64,000 bases of DNA, from positions 75,596-139,595 of the IMG/VR virus record IMGVR_UViG_3300046534_001374. One strand, written 5' to 3'. Source of the stretch: a virus. The notes under the pieces are model-generated. The model saw nothing but the letters and a program-made list of their open reading frames with translations, was not told where the DNA came from and made no database searches. This document shows, piece after piece, positions 38,700 through 48,032 of this stretch (the first letter of the stretch is position 1; each line of letters begins with the position of its first letter). The translations under genes and the position numbers were made by a program.

Positions 38700-38818
38700 G
38701 CAGAACGTCAATGTGGAGGCGCGATCTAAACCGAACTCCGTTCGGAATTGAAACGCGATCTGATATAAAAATAAACTAAGCTAGCGGTAGAACGTCACTC
38801 TCTCACGTCTTATTAATA
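38700..38818 (-). repeat. attC: attC site 6, degenerate (R'' AAC mutated to AAT, stem mismatches)
   Basis: 119-bp copy with right arm TAGAACGTCACTCTCTCAC and R'' reading ATTAATA on + strand. Confidence 0.8.
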
Positions 38819-38861
38819 ATATAAAACTTGAAAAGAGGAATTTTTATAGTAATCTCATCTT

Positions 38862-39764
38862 ATGAAGAACATCCTAATAGATGCCAACAATATGCTACAC
38901 AGGAGCATAGGCAACACCGAGAAGTATCTAGAAAAAAATTCGAGAGCAACTAGAAAGCTGGACAATAAAGGAAACGATGTCACTGCTTTGCAGAAGTTTT
39001 TTTCGGATATATACTATACCTCCTCAGATTTTCTTGATGCAGACACAGAAATTTATATGGTGTGGGATAGGAAGATCGACCCAGAAGCGATCAACTGGAG
39101 AACCACAGTTAACCCACTTTATAAAGCAAACAGAGGATCTATAGATACTAATGGTCCGAAGAAGCAAGTGTATAGCCTATGTAAACATGCCAAATATATA
39201 GCAGATGCCTACGGGTTTCATTCAGTATTTCCCCTCTGCTCCGAAGCAGACGACCTAATACATTATCTCAATAAAAACCTAGAAGGCGGTAGTTTGATTA
39301 TTTCTTCCGACCATGACTTCTTCCAATGTATATCTGAGGATTGCAGTATTTATAACCCCCAGAAAAGAATGCTTCTGGAACTTGATAACTGGGATGAATA
39401 TGCCCCAGTATCTAAAGAACACTATGTTTTATGGAAATCAATTAAGGGCGACCCCTCTGATAACATCAAAGGGTTGTTCCGTTATGGTGAGAAGAAAGCT
39501 AAAAAGCTGGTCGAGAACTGGGACGAGCTTTCACCTAAACTGACAGAGGAGCAAATAGATATTATTGAGGAAACTAAAAGTTTAATTGATCTTAATTTTA
39601 AACCTTTATCTGATAAAGAGGTGTGCTTCATTAAGAGGCAGATCGAGCCTAAAGAAAAAAAGAAAGATTGGGAATTGACTCGGATTCTGGACAACTACCA
39701 TGTCACCTACAAGACCAGAGAGATGTGGGATAACTTCAACACCCTAAAAGAGTTATATCTATAA
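38862..39764 (+). CDS. rnh: RNase H / 5'-3' flap exonuclease
   Basis: LIDANN, WR..VNPLYKANR, EADD, SSDHDFFQ, GDPSDNIKG. Confidence 0.92.
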   Translation: MKNILIDANNMLHRSIGNTEKYLEKNSRATRKLDNKGNDVTALQKFFSDIYYTSSDFLDADTEIYMVWDRKIDPEAINWRTTVNPLYKANRGSIDTNGPKKQVYSLCKHAKYIADAYGFHSVFPLCSEADDLIHYLNKNLEGGSLIISSDHDFFQCISEDCSIYNPQKRMLLELDNWDEYAPVSKEHYVLWKSIKGDPSDNIKGLFRYGEKKAKKLVENWDELSPKLTEEQIDIIEETKSLIDLNFKPLSDKEVCFIKRQIEPKEKKKDWELTRILDNYHVTYKTREMWDNFNTLKELYL

Positions 39765-40207
39765 TGGAACCGAAACAAATATTGAATAAAACGAAAGCAT
39801 GGCTTGTTGGTGGGGTTGTGTTAAGTCTTTTGGTGTTTTATGTGGTTGGATTGGTGGCGAAGCTTTCGATCTTGGCCTTATTATTAACTGTAATTTCGGT
39901 TTTGATTTATAACATAAAACTAAGTAATAAAATATTTCAAGAAGAAGCAATAACTAGTAACACTAAGTTTCGGGAAGAAACCAGACGAGCTGAGATAGAC
40001 CACCAGAAACAAATACACCAAAGGATTTCAGATAGAATCTGGGACATTCCAATTGAGATGCGTTGTAGGCATTGTTCATCTATTGAGGAAATAGATTTTG
40101 GATTAGAGGTCCAAGGATTTAAATGTAAGAAATGTAATGGCTACAACAAGCTATTCATACATTTCACAGCAATAGGAGAAACCGAAAACTCAAAAAGCAA
40201 TGGATAG
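39764..40207 (+). CDS. membrane protein with C-terminal zinc ribbon
   Basis: Two TM helices; CRHC...CKKC. Confidence 0.65.
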   Translation: MEPKQILNKTKAWLVGGVVLSLLVFYVVGLVAKLSILALLLTVISVLIYNIKLSNKIFQEEAITSNTKFREETRRAEIDHQKQIHQRISDRIWDIPIEMRCRHCSSIEEIDFGLEVQGFKCKKCNGYNKLFIHFTAIGETENSKSNG

Positions 40208-40586
40208 CGATTTAGATAAAGCAATTAAAGGTAATGATTTAGGGATACCTAGAGGTATAAAGGGAATAACTACATACCAAGGGCCAAACACGGTCGGTCC
40301 TATTCCGGTGGAGCTTATGGCCGAACCAGCGGCAAATCCTTTCAGACCATGCTTAGATGACGTTTTAAATAGGCTACCTTCGGCAGACCAGCATCTAGTT
40401 AGGCAGCATATATCCATTCTTTCCGGTGAACGGTTCCCCAAGTCTTCGGGGATACTGGCTGAAAGGTTGGATAGAATGGTTGGAAAAATCAAACATAGAC
40501 AAGAGCTTGAGCCTGAAGGTGATAATAAAAAAGAACTTTTGGAGTTGTTCGCAATCTTCGCGACACACTATATTCACTATATTTAA
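40200..40586 (+). CDS. hypothetical protein
   Basis: 128-aa ORF, packed. Confidence 0.55.
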   Translation: MDSDLDKAIKGNDLGIPRGIKGITTYQGPNTVGPIPVELMAEPAANPFRPCLDDVLNRLPSADQHLVRQHISILSGERFPKSSGILAERLDRMVGKIKHRQELEPEGDNKKELLELFAIFATHYIHYI

Positions 40587-40588
40587 GA

Positions 40589-41023
40589 ATGCCCAACAGA
40601 CATATACCTTGTATAGACTGTGGTGAGGCTAAGTGGCTCTCTCAAAATCAATTTAGGGTTAAGGTGGCGGAAGAGGGTAGCCCCAAAAAAGTAAAGAGAA
40701 GATTCCGGTGTAAGAAATGTAAGAAATTGGAGAGAGAAGATCCATTAATATACCAATTACAGTATGGAAAACATATCAAGCGCATCAAAGCCGATGTTCG
40801 AAGGGAGTTGTCTGCGTTTTACACAACAAACGACGTAAATAAGCTTCGAAAAGGTGTGGATACTATTTTTATTAAAAACGGTATTGACCCGATGAAGATA
40901 CTGTTCCATAAGAGTGTAAGCGGGAACGGAAAATTGATAGGAATTACCGTAACCGAGTTCCCATTTATCGGTGAATTGTATATCGCAATATACACCGAGA
41001 GGAAAATAGACAAACACACCTAA
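40589..41023 (+). CDS. basic zinc-finger protein
   Basis: CIDC...CKKC. Confidence 0.6.
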   Translation: MPNRHIPCIDCGEAKWLSQNQFRVKVAEEGSPKKVKRRFRCKKCKKLEREDPLIYQLQYGKHIKRIKADVRRELSAFYTTNDVNKLRKGVDTIFIKNGIDPMKILFHKSVSGNGKLIGITVTEFPFIGELYIAIYTERKIDKHT

Positions 41024-41030
41024 ATTTAAA

Positions 41031-41483
41031 ATGAAGAAAACTAAAGAAGATTATATTGATGAAGTCCACACAGAAATTTGGAAAACTGTTCACTTAGAAT
41101 ACCCTACGGAGGTTATCTGGGATTCTGAAATGAATTGTTTTTTATGCGAAAATGAAACTGGGGCGTATTATGTAGATTACGCAGACTTTTTCAAAAAACA
41201 TGTAATCAAGTCAAATGTTAGGGGTTGGGGTAGTAGCAAAAACAATAACAAAAAGCATCTAGCTAGTTGGCTATGCCTTATTAATGGGCATAATATGTGG
41301 GAGGATTGTTTAGAAGCGAATACAGAAAAGATTTCTCGCATGAAGGCGAAAAACGAAAAACCCTCGAACGAAAGGAATAATCTAATAGAATATATCGCAG
41401 ATCGTTACGAGGATGCTCTATTCTCTATGGAGAATGCAACTTCTCCAGAATGGCTGGAAGCCTATATCTTCGAAAGACATTAA
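41031..41483 (+). CDS. hypothetical protein
   Basis: 150-aa ORF. Confidence 0.6.
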   Translation: MKKTKEDYIDEVHTEIWKTVHLEYPTEVIWDSEMNCFLCENETGAYYVDYADFFKKHVIKSNVRGWGSSKNNNKKHLASWLCLINGHNMWEDCLEANTEKISRMKAKNEKPSNERNNLIEYIADRYEDALFSMENATSPEWLEAYIFERH

Positions 41484-42148
41484 CAGTCAATAGATGATTT
41501 AGAATCTCTGGTTGCAATCAAAGCTTCATACTCGTCATATATCACCGATTGGTTGGTCTGTGCTGAGTCCGAATCATTAGCATTATTGCCGAAGGAATCT
41601 AAGTCAATACCTTCAAGAGGAATTGGTTGCCAGTAGTTATAGGTGAACGTAACATCAAAGTTTGTGATATCGTCACTCATATTATCATAAGCAATTTCAC
41701 CAACACTACTAGGGAATACGCCGATAAACTCAACACCTCTCACAACTCTATTAGACTTGTCAGTGACGACATATTGAATGGTGGAATCATCACCAACACA
41801 ATATTTAGATGAACCATCAAGAGGGTTTCCTAATTCGGTTGACCATTGCAGGAGTGAGTTATATGCGAGAAAGTTTGCAGGAGTTCTAAAACCGATAGTG
41901 GTTTCATTGCCAAATTGCAATTGACCCATCTCCTTAAGCATACTGCCTTGGTAAGGCACATCTTTAGCATCTCTAGTGAGAGCAGGTAGAGCGGCGGTGC
42001 TGATATAATGTAGACCTCTTAAGATCTGCGAGCTGAAAGGTTCTGGACCAATCTTCACTGGTTTCAGAAAGTTTTGACGGGAAAATCCGTGCTTTCTGAA
42101 TTGTCTTTCACCTTCACGAAGATTATAAGTGTTTGAAATCTCATTCAT
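41480..42148 (-). CDS. gp19: tail tube protein (gp19-like)
   Basis: AALP....DVPYQG....G, FIGVFPSSVGEIAYD....I..FDVTFTYNYW; start at second Met (42148) fits the TAATTA-N6 motif. Confidence 0.8.
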   Translation of the reverse strand: MNEISNTYNLREGERQFRKHGFSRQNFLKPVKIGPEPFSSQILRGLHYISTAALPALTRDAKDVPYQGSMLKEMGQLQFGNETTIGFRTPANFLAYNSLLQWSTELGNPLDGSSKYCVGDDSTIQYVVTDKSNRVVRGVEFIGVFPSSVGEIAYDNMSDDITNFDVTFTYNYWQPIPLEGIDLDSFGNNANDSDSAQTNQSVIYDEYEALIATRDSKSSIDC

Positions 42149-42209
42149 ATACATTAATTAGTCTCCGACCTCATTTAAAAATCATATAGGAGTTGCTATA
42201 ATTACTATC

Positions 42210-45173
42210 ATGTCACAGCCAATCTCACCAGCGATTATCATCAATGAGAATTTTGATGCTAGACCTTTAATCCCAGAAGGATATAATGTGCTATGTTTAG
42301 GTTTCACATCCGAAGGTGTAGCGAACGAGCCATTTATCCTAAGAAGCTTACCCGAGTTTATTACTCTCTTTGGTGAGCCAGATCCGTCACGAACCGAACA
42401 GATCTACTCATTCGAGTCTGCTAAAAGGATTATTGAGTCTGGAGCCAACTTAGTTTTTGTTAAACTTCCATATGGACCTGAAGAAGGTTTCGATGTTGGT
42501 GATGAATACTCAGCCCTCCTTTACCCAGCACTTGAGGACACAGTCTCCGAGTCGGTTATTTTAAATTACAAGGCTACTCAAGATATTACTCCAGAAGAAT
42601 TCGGAGATCTCAAAACGGTCAAACCGTTTGATACTGGTTTGGCTGAAGGTGGATTACTGAGTGCGTATGAGTATACTCAGATCATTGCAGCAACTACCAC
42701 ATTTGATCCAGCGATCACTATTGATGACTTTGTATATAATTCTAATTCGGGTGGTCTTAAAACTGAATACACATACGTAGTAACAAGCGGCGACTTAAAT
42801 GCCACTAACGGAGTTCAGTTGACTGGACTGGAATCCGCAATCCAATCAGCATTTTCGGTAAACGATTCTGGTTATATTGGAGCGGTAGGGGCCGGTTCCG
42901 AACGTGTTCCTATCAGTGATTATCAATATAAGTTAATGGTCGAGGAAAATCCATTAGAAGCAGATAAATTTAAAGCCGTTATCCCCCGTAGCGGGGCAAC
43001 TGCCGAGTGGGTTTATGTTGGGGCTTCATACCCTGCTATTGTGGATCTAGGGGCTTATGAATTATATGATGGTGTGGGCGTTTCAGCCGGAACTATAGAT
43101 TTGGAAGTTGTATTTGTTTCGGGGCTTGTAGCCAACCAAGAATTAACCACAACAGAGTATCTCGCAATGCTCCTAATTATGGATGATAGTTCGTTCGAAC
43201 CATCACTCCTTACGGAAGTGTTTACAGTAACCGACAGTGTAGGCTATGTTCTCGGACAACCTGTTCGTATCGATCTTGATGAAAATGGCTACGATAAGAT
43301 CCAATGCGGCCTTATTGACTGGTCAACCAGTTACACTATTTTTGATGATACTATTACTACGTTTGACCCTGTCGAGTTTGGTAAGGTAGGTCTTATTGTA
43401 TTAGATAGCGGTCGCTCCAAAACCAAGGATGCTCGCGAAGGTTACTATATCACCGTAACAGACAATACCGATGGCGACCCAGCGTCTGATTGGGATTCTA
43501 TCACTAATATCAAGACCAGCACATCCACTACGGGTGAAGTTATTTGGGACGACCTGTCAACAGACACTTACGACTTTAATTTGAAAGCTCCTTTCGGAGA
43601 ACCTGTCCCCAGTATATCGCAAGCAGTTTCTGCTCTTTCCGAACAGCATATCAATGGATCATGGTCAGACCCAGATCATAGAAACTTCTTGAATGTTACC
43701 CTATGGAGACTTCGTAAAGATGTTCAAAATGGTTCTAATCAACTAATTCCCAGTGTTGTTGAATCCCACACTGGTTCTATTTCTGAAATCGAGAAGACTA
43801 TCACCGAAGGTGGCTTCCAACAAAATATCTTTTTGGAGAGTAAAGTTGAAGGCGATTCAAGTAGACTGACGGTATTAGTAAATCCCAATATCGCAGATGA
43901 TAGTTACGTAGGCACTGATGGACAGAAAATCAAGAATGTTAGAATGTGGAGAGGTAACACTAATGGTTTAGGGTCTAGCTTCCTTTCTCTTTCAGAAGCT
44001 AACTTTAAGGGGTATTCCAACGGGATGTATTCCGTTAGTCAGTATGTAGCGAAACAACCAGAAAAAGCTTGTGACGTGGGTAATATTCCGGCTAAACTGA
44101 GAAACGCTCTTTGCACCGTTGATAATCCCGAGCGTGTAAGCCTCGACCTTTCGATTGAAGCGGGTTTAGGAACCATCTGGAACACGGTTAAGGAAGACCG
44201 AGATCAATGGCTCACAAGCACACAGGCGGACAACTCTTTCTGCTTCAATGATAAAGTATTCCTTAATGTCGTTGAAGATCTTGGTAGAACAGTTCCCGAA
44301 GGTTCTGAAACAGGAAACATGAGAACTAACTGGAGACAGATCTACGACACTTTCCTCACTTTCACCGAATCGACTAGAGTGGTTAACGGCGGTATACATC
44401 ACTTACATATTGCAGATAACCTCAGACATTCTCTGGTTAATGGTAGGGATTGTAAAGTTTATGATTCGAAGACCAAATGTAAAAATGCTGGAGTTTTCCA
44501 GACCGAAGTTTACTGGCCCTTGAAAAACCTTACTAAAGGATTGAGCAACACTATCACGACTATCGATGCCCAATGGTATAAGTCGAGCAACGTTTATAGT
44601 TCTTCTCCAGTTTGGATTCCGAGTTCACCTGTTACTGCGGCACTGTTCGCACAAACAGACTTCCCTTGGTTGGCTGCTGCTGGTGTTCAAAGAGGTTTGA
44701 TCCGAAATGTTGTTGATGCAGCAATCGATCCGGTTCTTCGCGACCGAGATTACTTGTTCAAGATCCAGCAAAACGCGGTATTCTTCGACAAGAACTACGA
44801 CGGTTTCCTTCGTTTCGCAGATAGAACAATGCTTAAGAATGATAACCACCAACTAAAAGAAAACTCTGCGAGAAGACTACTTATTTGGCTTGAAGGAAAT
44901 CTTCAGTCCGCGCTTAGACCGTTCTTATTTGAGCAGAATAACCTTCAGACCAGAATTCGTTTCAAGAATAACATTGAACTCTACTTGAACACCCTGCTTC
45001 AAAATGGGGCGATTGAAGATTTCAATGTAAGTTTGAAAAAGAATACTCTAGCCACACAACAGGACGGTTGCTTAGTTGCTGATATCGGCATCACCATTAC
45101 CGGAATCGTTAATCAGATCAAACTTAACCTTAACCTCCTTAGGTTGGATCAAAACTTCCAAGAAGTTTTTTAA
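42210..45173 (+). CDS. gp18: tail sheath protein
   Basis: ISPAIIINE, F..LFGEP, PWLAAAGVQRG, RRLLIWLE, FLFEQN...TR..F sheath motifs. Confidence 0.92.
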   Translation: MSQPISPAIIINENFDARPLIPEGYNVLCLGFTSEGVANEPFILRSLPEFITLFGEPDPSRTEQIYSFESAKRIIESGANLVFVKLPYGPEEGFDVGDEYSALLYPALEDTVSESVILNYKATQDITPEEFGDLKTVKPFDTGLAEGGLLSAYEYTQIIAATTTFDPAITIDDFVYNSNSGGLKTEYTYVVTSGDLNATNGVQLTGLESAIQSAFSVNDSGYIGAVGAGSERVPISDYQYKLMVEENPLEADKFKAVIPRSGATAEWVYVGASYPAIVDLGAYELYDGVGVSAGTIDLEVVFVSGLVANQELTTTEYLAMLLIMDDSSFEPSLLTEVFTVTDSVGYVLGQPVRIDLDENGYDKIQCGLIDWSTSYTIFDDTITTFDPVEFGKVGLIVLDSGRSKTKDAREGYYITVTDNTDGDPASDWDSITNIKTSTSTTGEVIWDDLSTDTYDFNLKAPFGEPVPSISQAVSALSEQHINGSWSDPDHRNFLNVTLWRLRKDVQNGSNQLIPSVVESHTGSISEIEKTITEGGFQQNIFLESKVEGDSSRLTVLVNPNIADDSYVGTDGQKIKNVRMWRGNTNGLGSSFLSLSEANFKGYSNGMYSVSQYVAKQPEKACDVGNIPAKLRNALCTVDNPERVSLDLSIEAGLGTIWNTVKEDRDQWLTSTQADNSFCFNDKVFLNVVEDLGRTVPEGSETGNMRTNWRQIYDTFLTFTESTRVVNGGIHHLHIADNLRHSLVNGRDCKVYDSKTKCKNAGVFQTEVYWPLKNLTKGLSNTITTIDAQWYKSSNVYSSSPVWIPSSPVTAALFAQTDFPWLAAAGVQRGLIRNVVDAAIDPVLRDRDYLFKIQQNAVFFDKNYDGFLRFADRTMLKNDNHQLKENSARRLLIWLEGNLQSALRPFLFEQNNLQTRIRFKNNIELYLNTLLQNGAIEDFNVSLKKNTLATQQDGCLVADIGITITGIVNQIKLNLNLLRLDQNFQEVF

Positions 45174-45198
45174 GATTAGATCCTAGTTAAAATTCAAC

Positions 45199-45231
45199 AA
45201 AACCCTCCTTAAAAATTAAGGAGGGTTTTTT
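45199..45231 (+). terminator. bidirectional intrinsic terminator
   Basis: AAAACCCTCCTTAA-aaa-TTAAGGAGGGTTTT. Confidence 0.85.
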
Positions 45232-45299
45232 GTTGACAAAAATTCAAAATTCGGTAAGAATCTTGGTATGGCCGACTACAGGTTATCCAAAATTCTAAT

Positions 45300-45674
45300 A
45301 TGAACAAATACCTAGAAGAAGAAACAAATAAATTATTGCAAGAAATAGAATCAATCACAGACTTGAACGAGAAATCCGTGATTGTTTCCCATATATGGTG
45401 GCATAACTTTTCTCGTGATACCCACCCTAGATGCGTTGAACTTATGCGACTTAAACGAGAATTACCATACCCAAAAAAAGGGGTCTCTATTGAACGGATT
45501 GAAGAACTTGTTCGCAATTTCCCACCTCGGTTTGTCCAGAACCTAGGTGCGTATATTAAACCCCAATTTGAAGGAACGCCTTCAAAGTATGGTGAACATA
45601 AAAAGAATCGGAGTTATAAGGTCGAAATCGTTCATTCTGTTTCAAGTGAAATTTGGTCAAGGGCAATTTCTTAA
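45300..45674 (+). CDS. hypothetical protein
   Basis: 124-aa ORF downstream of TTGACA at 45233. Confidence 0.5.
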   Translation: MNKYLEEETNKLLQEIESITDLNEKSVIVSHIWWHNFSRDTHPRCVELMRLKRELPYPKKGVSIERIEELVRNFPPRFVQNLGAYIKPQFEGTPSKYGEHKKNRSYKVEIVHSVSSEIWSRAIS

Positions 45675-45675
45675 T

Positions 45676-46590
45676 ATGAAACATAATTTCGAAAATCAAT
45701 ATCTGGATATCCTTGGAGAACTTGTCGATTATGGAGTTCTAAAAGAAAATAGAACAGGCACCAATACATATGCCTTGTTCGATAGATCTATTAGGCATGA
45801 TATGTCTCTAGGTTTTCCTGCCCTGACCACTAAGAGAATCGCGTTCAAAACTCTGAAGGTTGAGCTAGAAGGCTTTATCAAAGGTATCACATCTAAAGGA
45901 TGGTATCAGGAAAGAGGTTGTCATATCTGGGATGAGTGGTGCAATCCACAGAAAGTCCCCTATGGAACTGACGAAGAAACCAAAGCTAAAATGTTGGCTG
46001 AAGATGATCTTGGCCCCTGTATCTATGGTGCTTCGTGGCGAGGCTTTCATGATCCACAGGTTGAGTTGTCTTGGGGTATAGATGAATCAGGTAAAGAGCT
46101 TTTGATTGATAATGGTGAATCCGTAGATCAATTTAAAAATATTGTTGACACTCTAAAAACCAATCCAGACGATAGGCGGATGGTTTGTTTAGCATGGAAT
46201 CCACTAGGCTTGAAACACACAGCACTTCCCGCATGCCATCTCTGTTTTATTGTCAATGCGTTGGGCGGTAAATTAAATCTAACATGGTTACAACGCAGCG
46301 CAGATTGGTTCTTAGGGGTTCCTCTAAATGCAGCTTTCTACGGTATGCTCTTACATCTGTTGGCCAAAGAAGCTGGGCTAGAAGAGGGTGAGCTGGTAGG
46401 TCATTTTGTAGATGTTCACTTGTATGACAATCACATCGATCAAGCAAAGATTCAACTAGAACGACATATTGATAAGACCACCCCCCAACTCGAAACAGAG
46501 AGTGGTGGAATTTTTGATTGGGATCATACCAAATCAAGCTTGTTTAATTATAAACCCCAACCTTCGATTAAAGCACCCGTAGCGGTATAA
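45676..46590 (+). CDS. thyA: thymidylate synthase
   Basis: NRTGT, TTKR, IWDEW, ALPACH, QRSADWFLGVPLN, HLYDNH; start at MKHNFENQY. Confidence 0.95.
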   Translation: MKHNFENQYLDILGELVDYGVLKENRTGTNTYALFDRSIRHDMSLGFPALTTKRIAFKTLKVELEGFIKGITSKGWYQERGCHIWDEWCNPQKVPYGTDEETKAKMLAEDDLGPCIYGASWRGFHDPQVELSWGIDESGKELLIDNGESVDQFKNIVDTLKTNPDDRRMVCLAWNPLGLKHTALPACHLCFIVNALGGKLNLTWLQRSADWFLGVPLNAAFYGMLLHLLAKEAGLEEGELVGHFVDVHLYDNHIDQAKIQLERHIDKTTPQLETESGGIFDWDHTKSSLFNYKPQPSIKAPVAV

Positions 46591-46596
46591 AAATTC

Positions 46597-46625
46597 TTGA
46601 CATCTACAAATAAGTAAGGTAGCAT
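46597..46625 (+). promoter_or_regulatory. sigma70-type promoter
   Basis: TTGACA-N17-TAGCAT. Confidence 0.65.
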
Positions 46626-46636
46626 GCATCATCATT

Positions 46637-47230
46637 ATGATCCTAAAATTAAACAAAAACTATATACCTTGTGGTATGTGTTATTGGCAAGACGCTATGC
46701 ACGGCCTTTTCAAGGGTAGTTTCACGGCATTTGATATAAACCTAGAGCCAGACGGGTCTACATCGGGGTTGGGTAGAATGGATTGGTCTCAATGGATCAT
46801 GAAACCTGTCGCGAACAACAGAGAAGCTAAATACATAGGAACTGTTGATCGTAGTATAGAAATACCACAAATTATAGTAGCTGAGAATTACAAGAAAACT
46901 GTAGTAAAAACACCTACGTTAACCAAGTCTCGTATATGGGAAAGGGACAACCATACATGCGTTTACACCGGAGTTAAACTTAAAAAAAGTGAGTTGTCTG
47001 TTGATCATATAATTCCGATATCCCGTAATGGAAAAACCTCTTGGACCAATCTCGTCACCACATCTAGAAAAATAAACTCCCTGAAATCCGATTGGCTCTT
47101 GGGTGAAATTCCTAAGAGTATTCTGGATAAAATGGGTGTTATTGAATTGGGTTTATTATATAAGCCTTATAAACCAAAATCGGGATTTGTGTTCCCAAAC
47201 CCCACACCAGAGCAATCCATGTTCCTATAG
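46637..47230 (+). CDS. HNH endonuclease
   Basis: IWERDNHTCVYTG...SVDHIIPISRNG..SWTNLV...N..K. Confidence 0.88.
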   Translation: MILKLNKNYIPCGMCYWQDAMHGLFKGSFTAFDINLEPDGSTSGLGRMDWSQWIMKPVANNREAKYIGTVDRSIEIPQIIVAENYKKTVVKTPTLTKSRIWERDNHTCVYTGVKLKKSELSVDHIIPISRNGKTSWTNLVTTSRKINSLKSDWLLGEIPKSILDKMGVIELGLLYKPYKPKSGFVFPNPTPEQSMFL

Positions 47231-47272
47231 AATATCTTCTTGTTTTTATAAAAATGGCTCATAATTAATTTT

Positions 47273-47986
47273 ATGGGCCATTCTTATGAGTTAGATGAAA
47301 TCGAGGAGTATGTGAAATGTAGAGATGATATATTTTATTTCTCCGAGAAATAATTGAAAATAAAACTAACTCCGAATCAGGAAAGTATCGTTGACTCATA
47401 CCAGAACCACGCCAGAGTTTTGGTTGAATGCCCTCGAAGAAGAGGTAAGTCCACCGTTAATATGGTCTGGATGATTTGGAATTTAATTTTCCAAATGAAC
47501 CACAACACAGGGTTTGTGGGTCATAATAGTCATATAAACCACTTGCTATTTAATAATATCAGGAATGTGATAGGGGAACTTCCATCGTTCCTAAAATCAA
47601 GCATCGTGTTTGTTGGAGAGAAATTAATAGAAACCAAAGATAGATCTCGATTAATACTATTCACACCAAATACAAACTCGGTTAGAGGTCTTTCTTTGGA
47701 TAACTTAATTTGGGAAGAGTATGATCACATAGAATGTGAGTCTACCTACACAGAAATCCTACAAAACATAACCCCCGCTGTTACTCATAGTGGTGGTAGT
47801 ATATTTATGGTCGGTGGTTATATTAAACATCACCCTGCATTATTAAAATCGGAGGGGTGGCATCAATGTAAAGTTCCACTATTCAAAGGTAACGTATCCA
47901 CCTTTTCCGAAGGAAGTAAAGTTGTGAATGAACGTATTCTACAACTGGGTGGCTTGAATACATTCCTTAGAGTTGAGTTGGGGTAA
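47273..47986 (+). pseudogene. terminase large-subunit ATPase-domain paralog interrupted by in-frame TAA (47351-47353)
   Basis: EEYVKCRDDIFYFSEK* then in-frame LTPNQ, PRRRGKST, RGLSLD.LIWEE; no nuclease domain. Confidence 0.7.
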
Positions 47987-48032
47987 ATAGTATAGTTTTT
48001 AAAAAAAACTATAAATTCCATATATAATTTAT

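Larger units (their letters stand above)
35970..38818 (-). mobile_element. integron-type gene cassette array without integrase in the window (CALIN-like): 6 attC sites, 5 cassettes
   Basis: Repeated attC architecture (AAC-5nt-L''...L'-6nt-GTT, extrahelical bases) and cassette-specific R''/R' complementarity in 5/5 cassettes. Confidence 0.88.

Noticed and set aside
35970-38818. CRISPR array or repeated ncRNA/promoter interpretation of the repeats
   Set aside because: Repeats are ~119 bp with 370-500 bp ORF-bearing spacers and no cas genes; cassette-specific R-box complementarity is explained by attC recombination, not by these alternatives
45676-46590. dCMP hydroxymethylase / modified-base synthase
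   Set aside because: Retains the Asn (GVPLN) specifying dUMP and all canonical ThyA motifs
46637-47230. Intron-encoded homing endonuclease in thyA
   Set aside because: thyA is uninterrupted; the HNH gene is free-standing with its own promoter
47351-47353. Genome-wide stop-codon reassignment
   Set aside because: TAA is the dominant stop and TAG/TGA also terminate well-defined genes; core genes are intact under code 11
47991-48013. Palindrome TATAGTTTTT-aaa-AAAAACTATA before gp17 as a packaging site
   Set aside because: A/T-only stem could arise by chance in this composition; no further support
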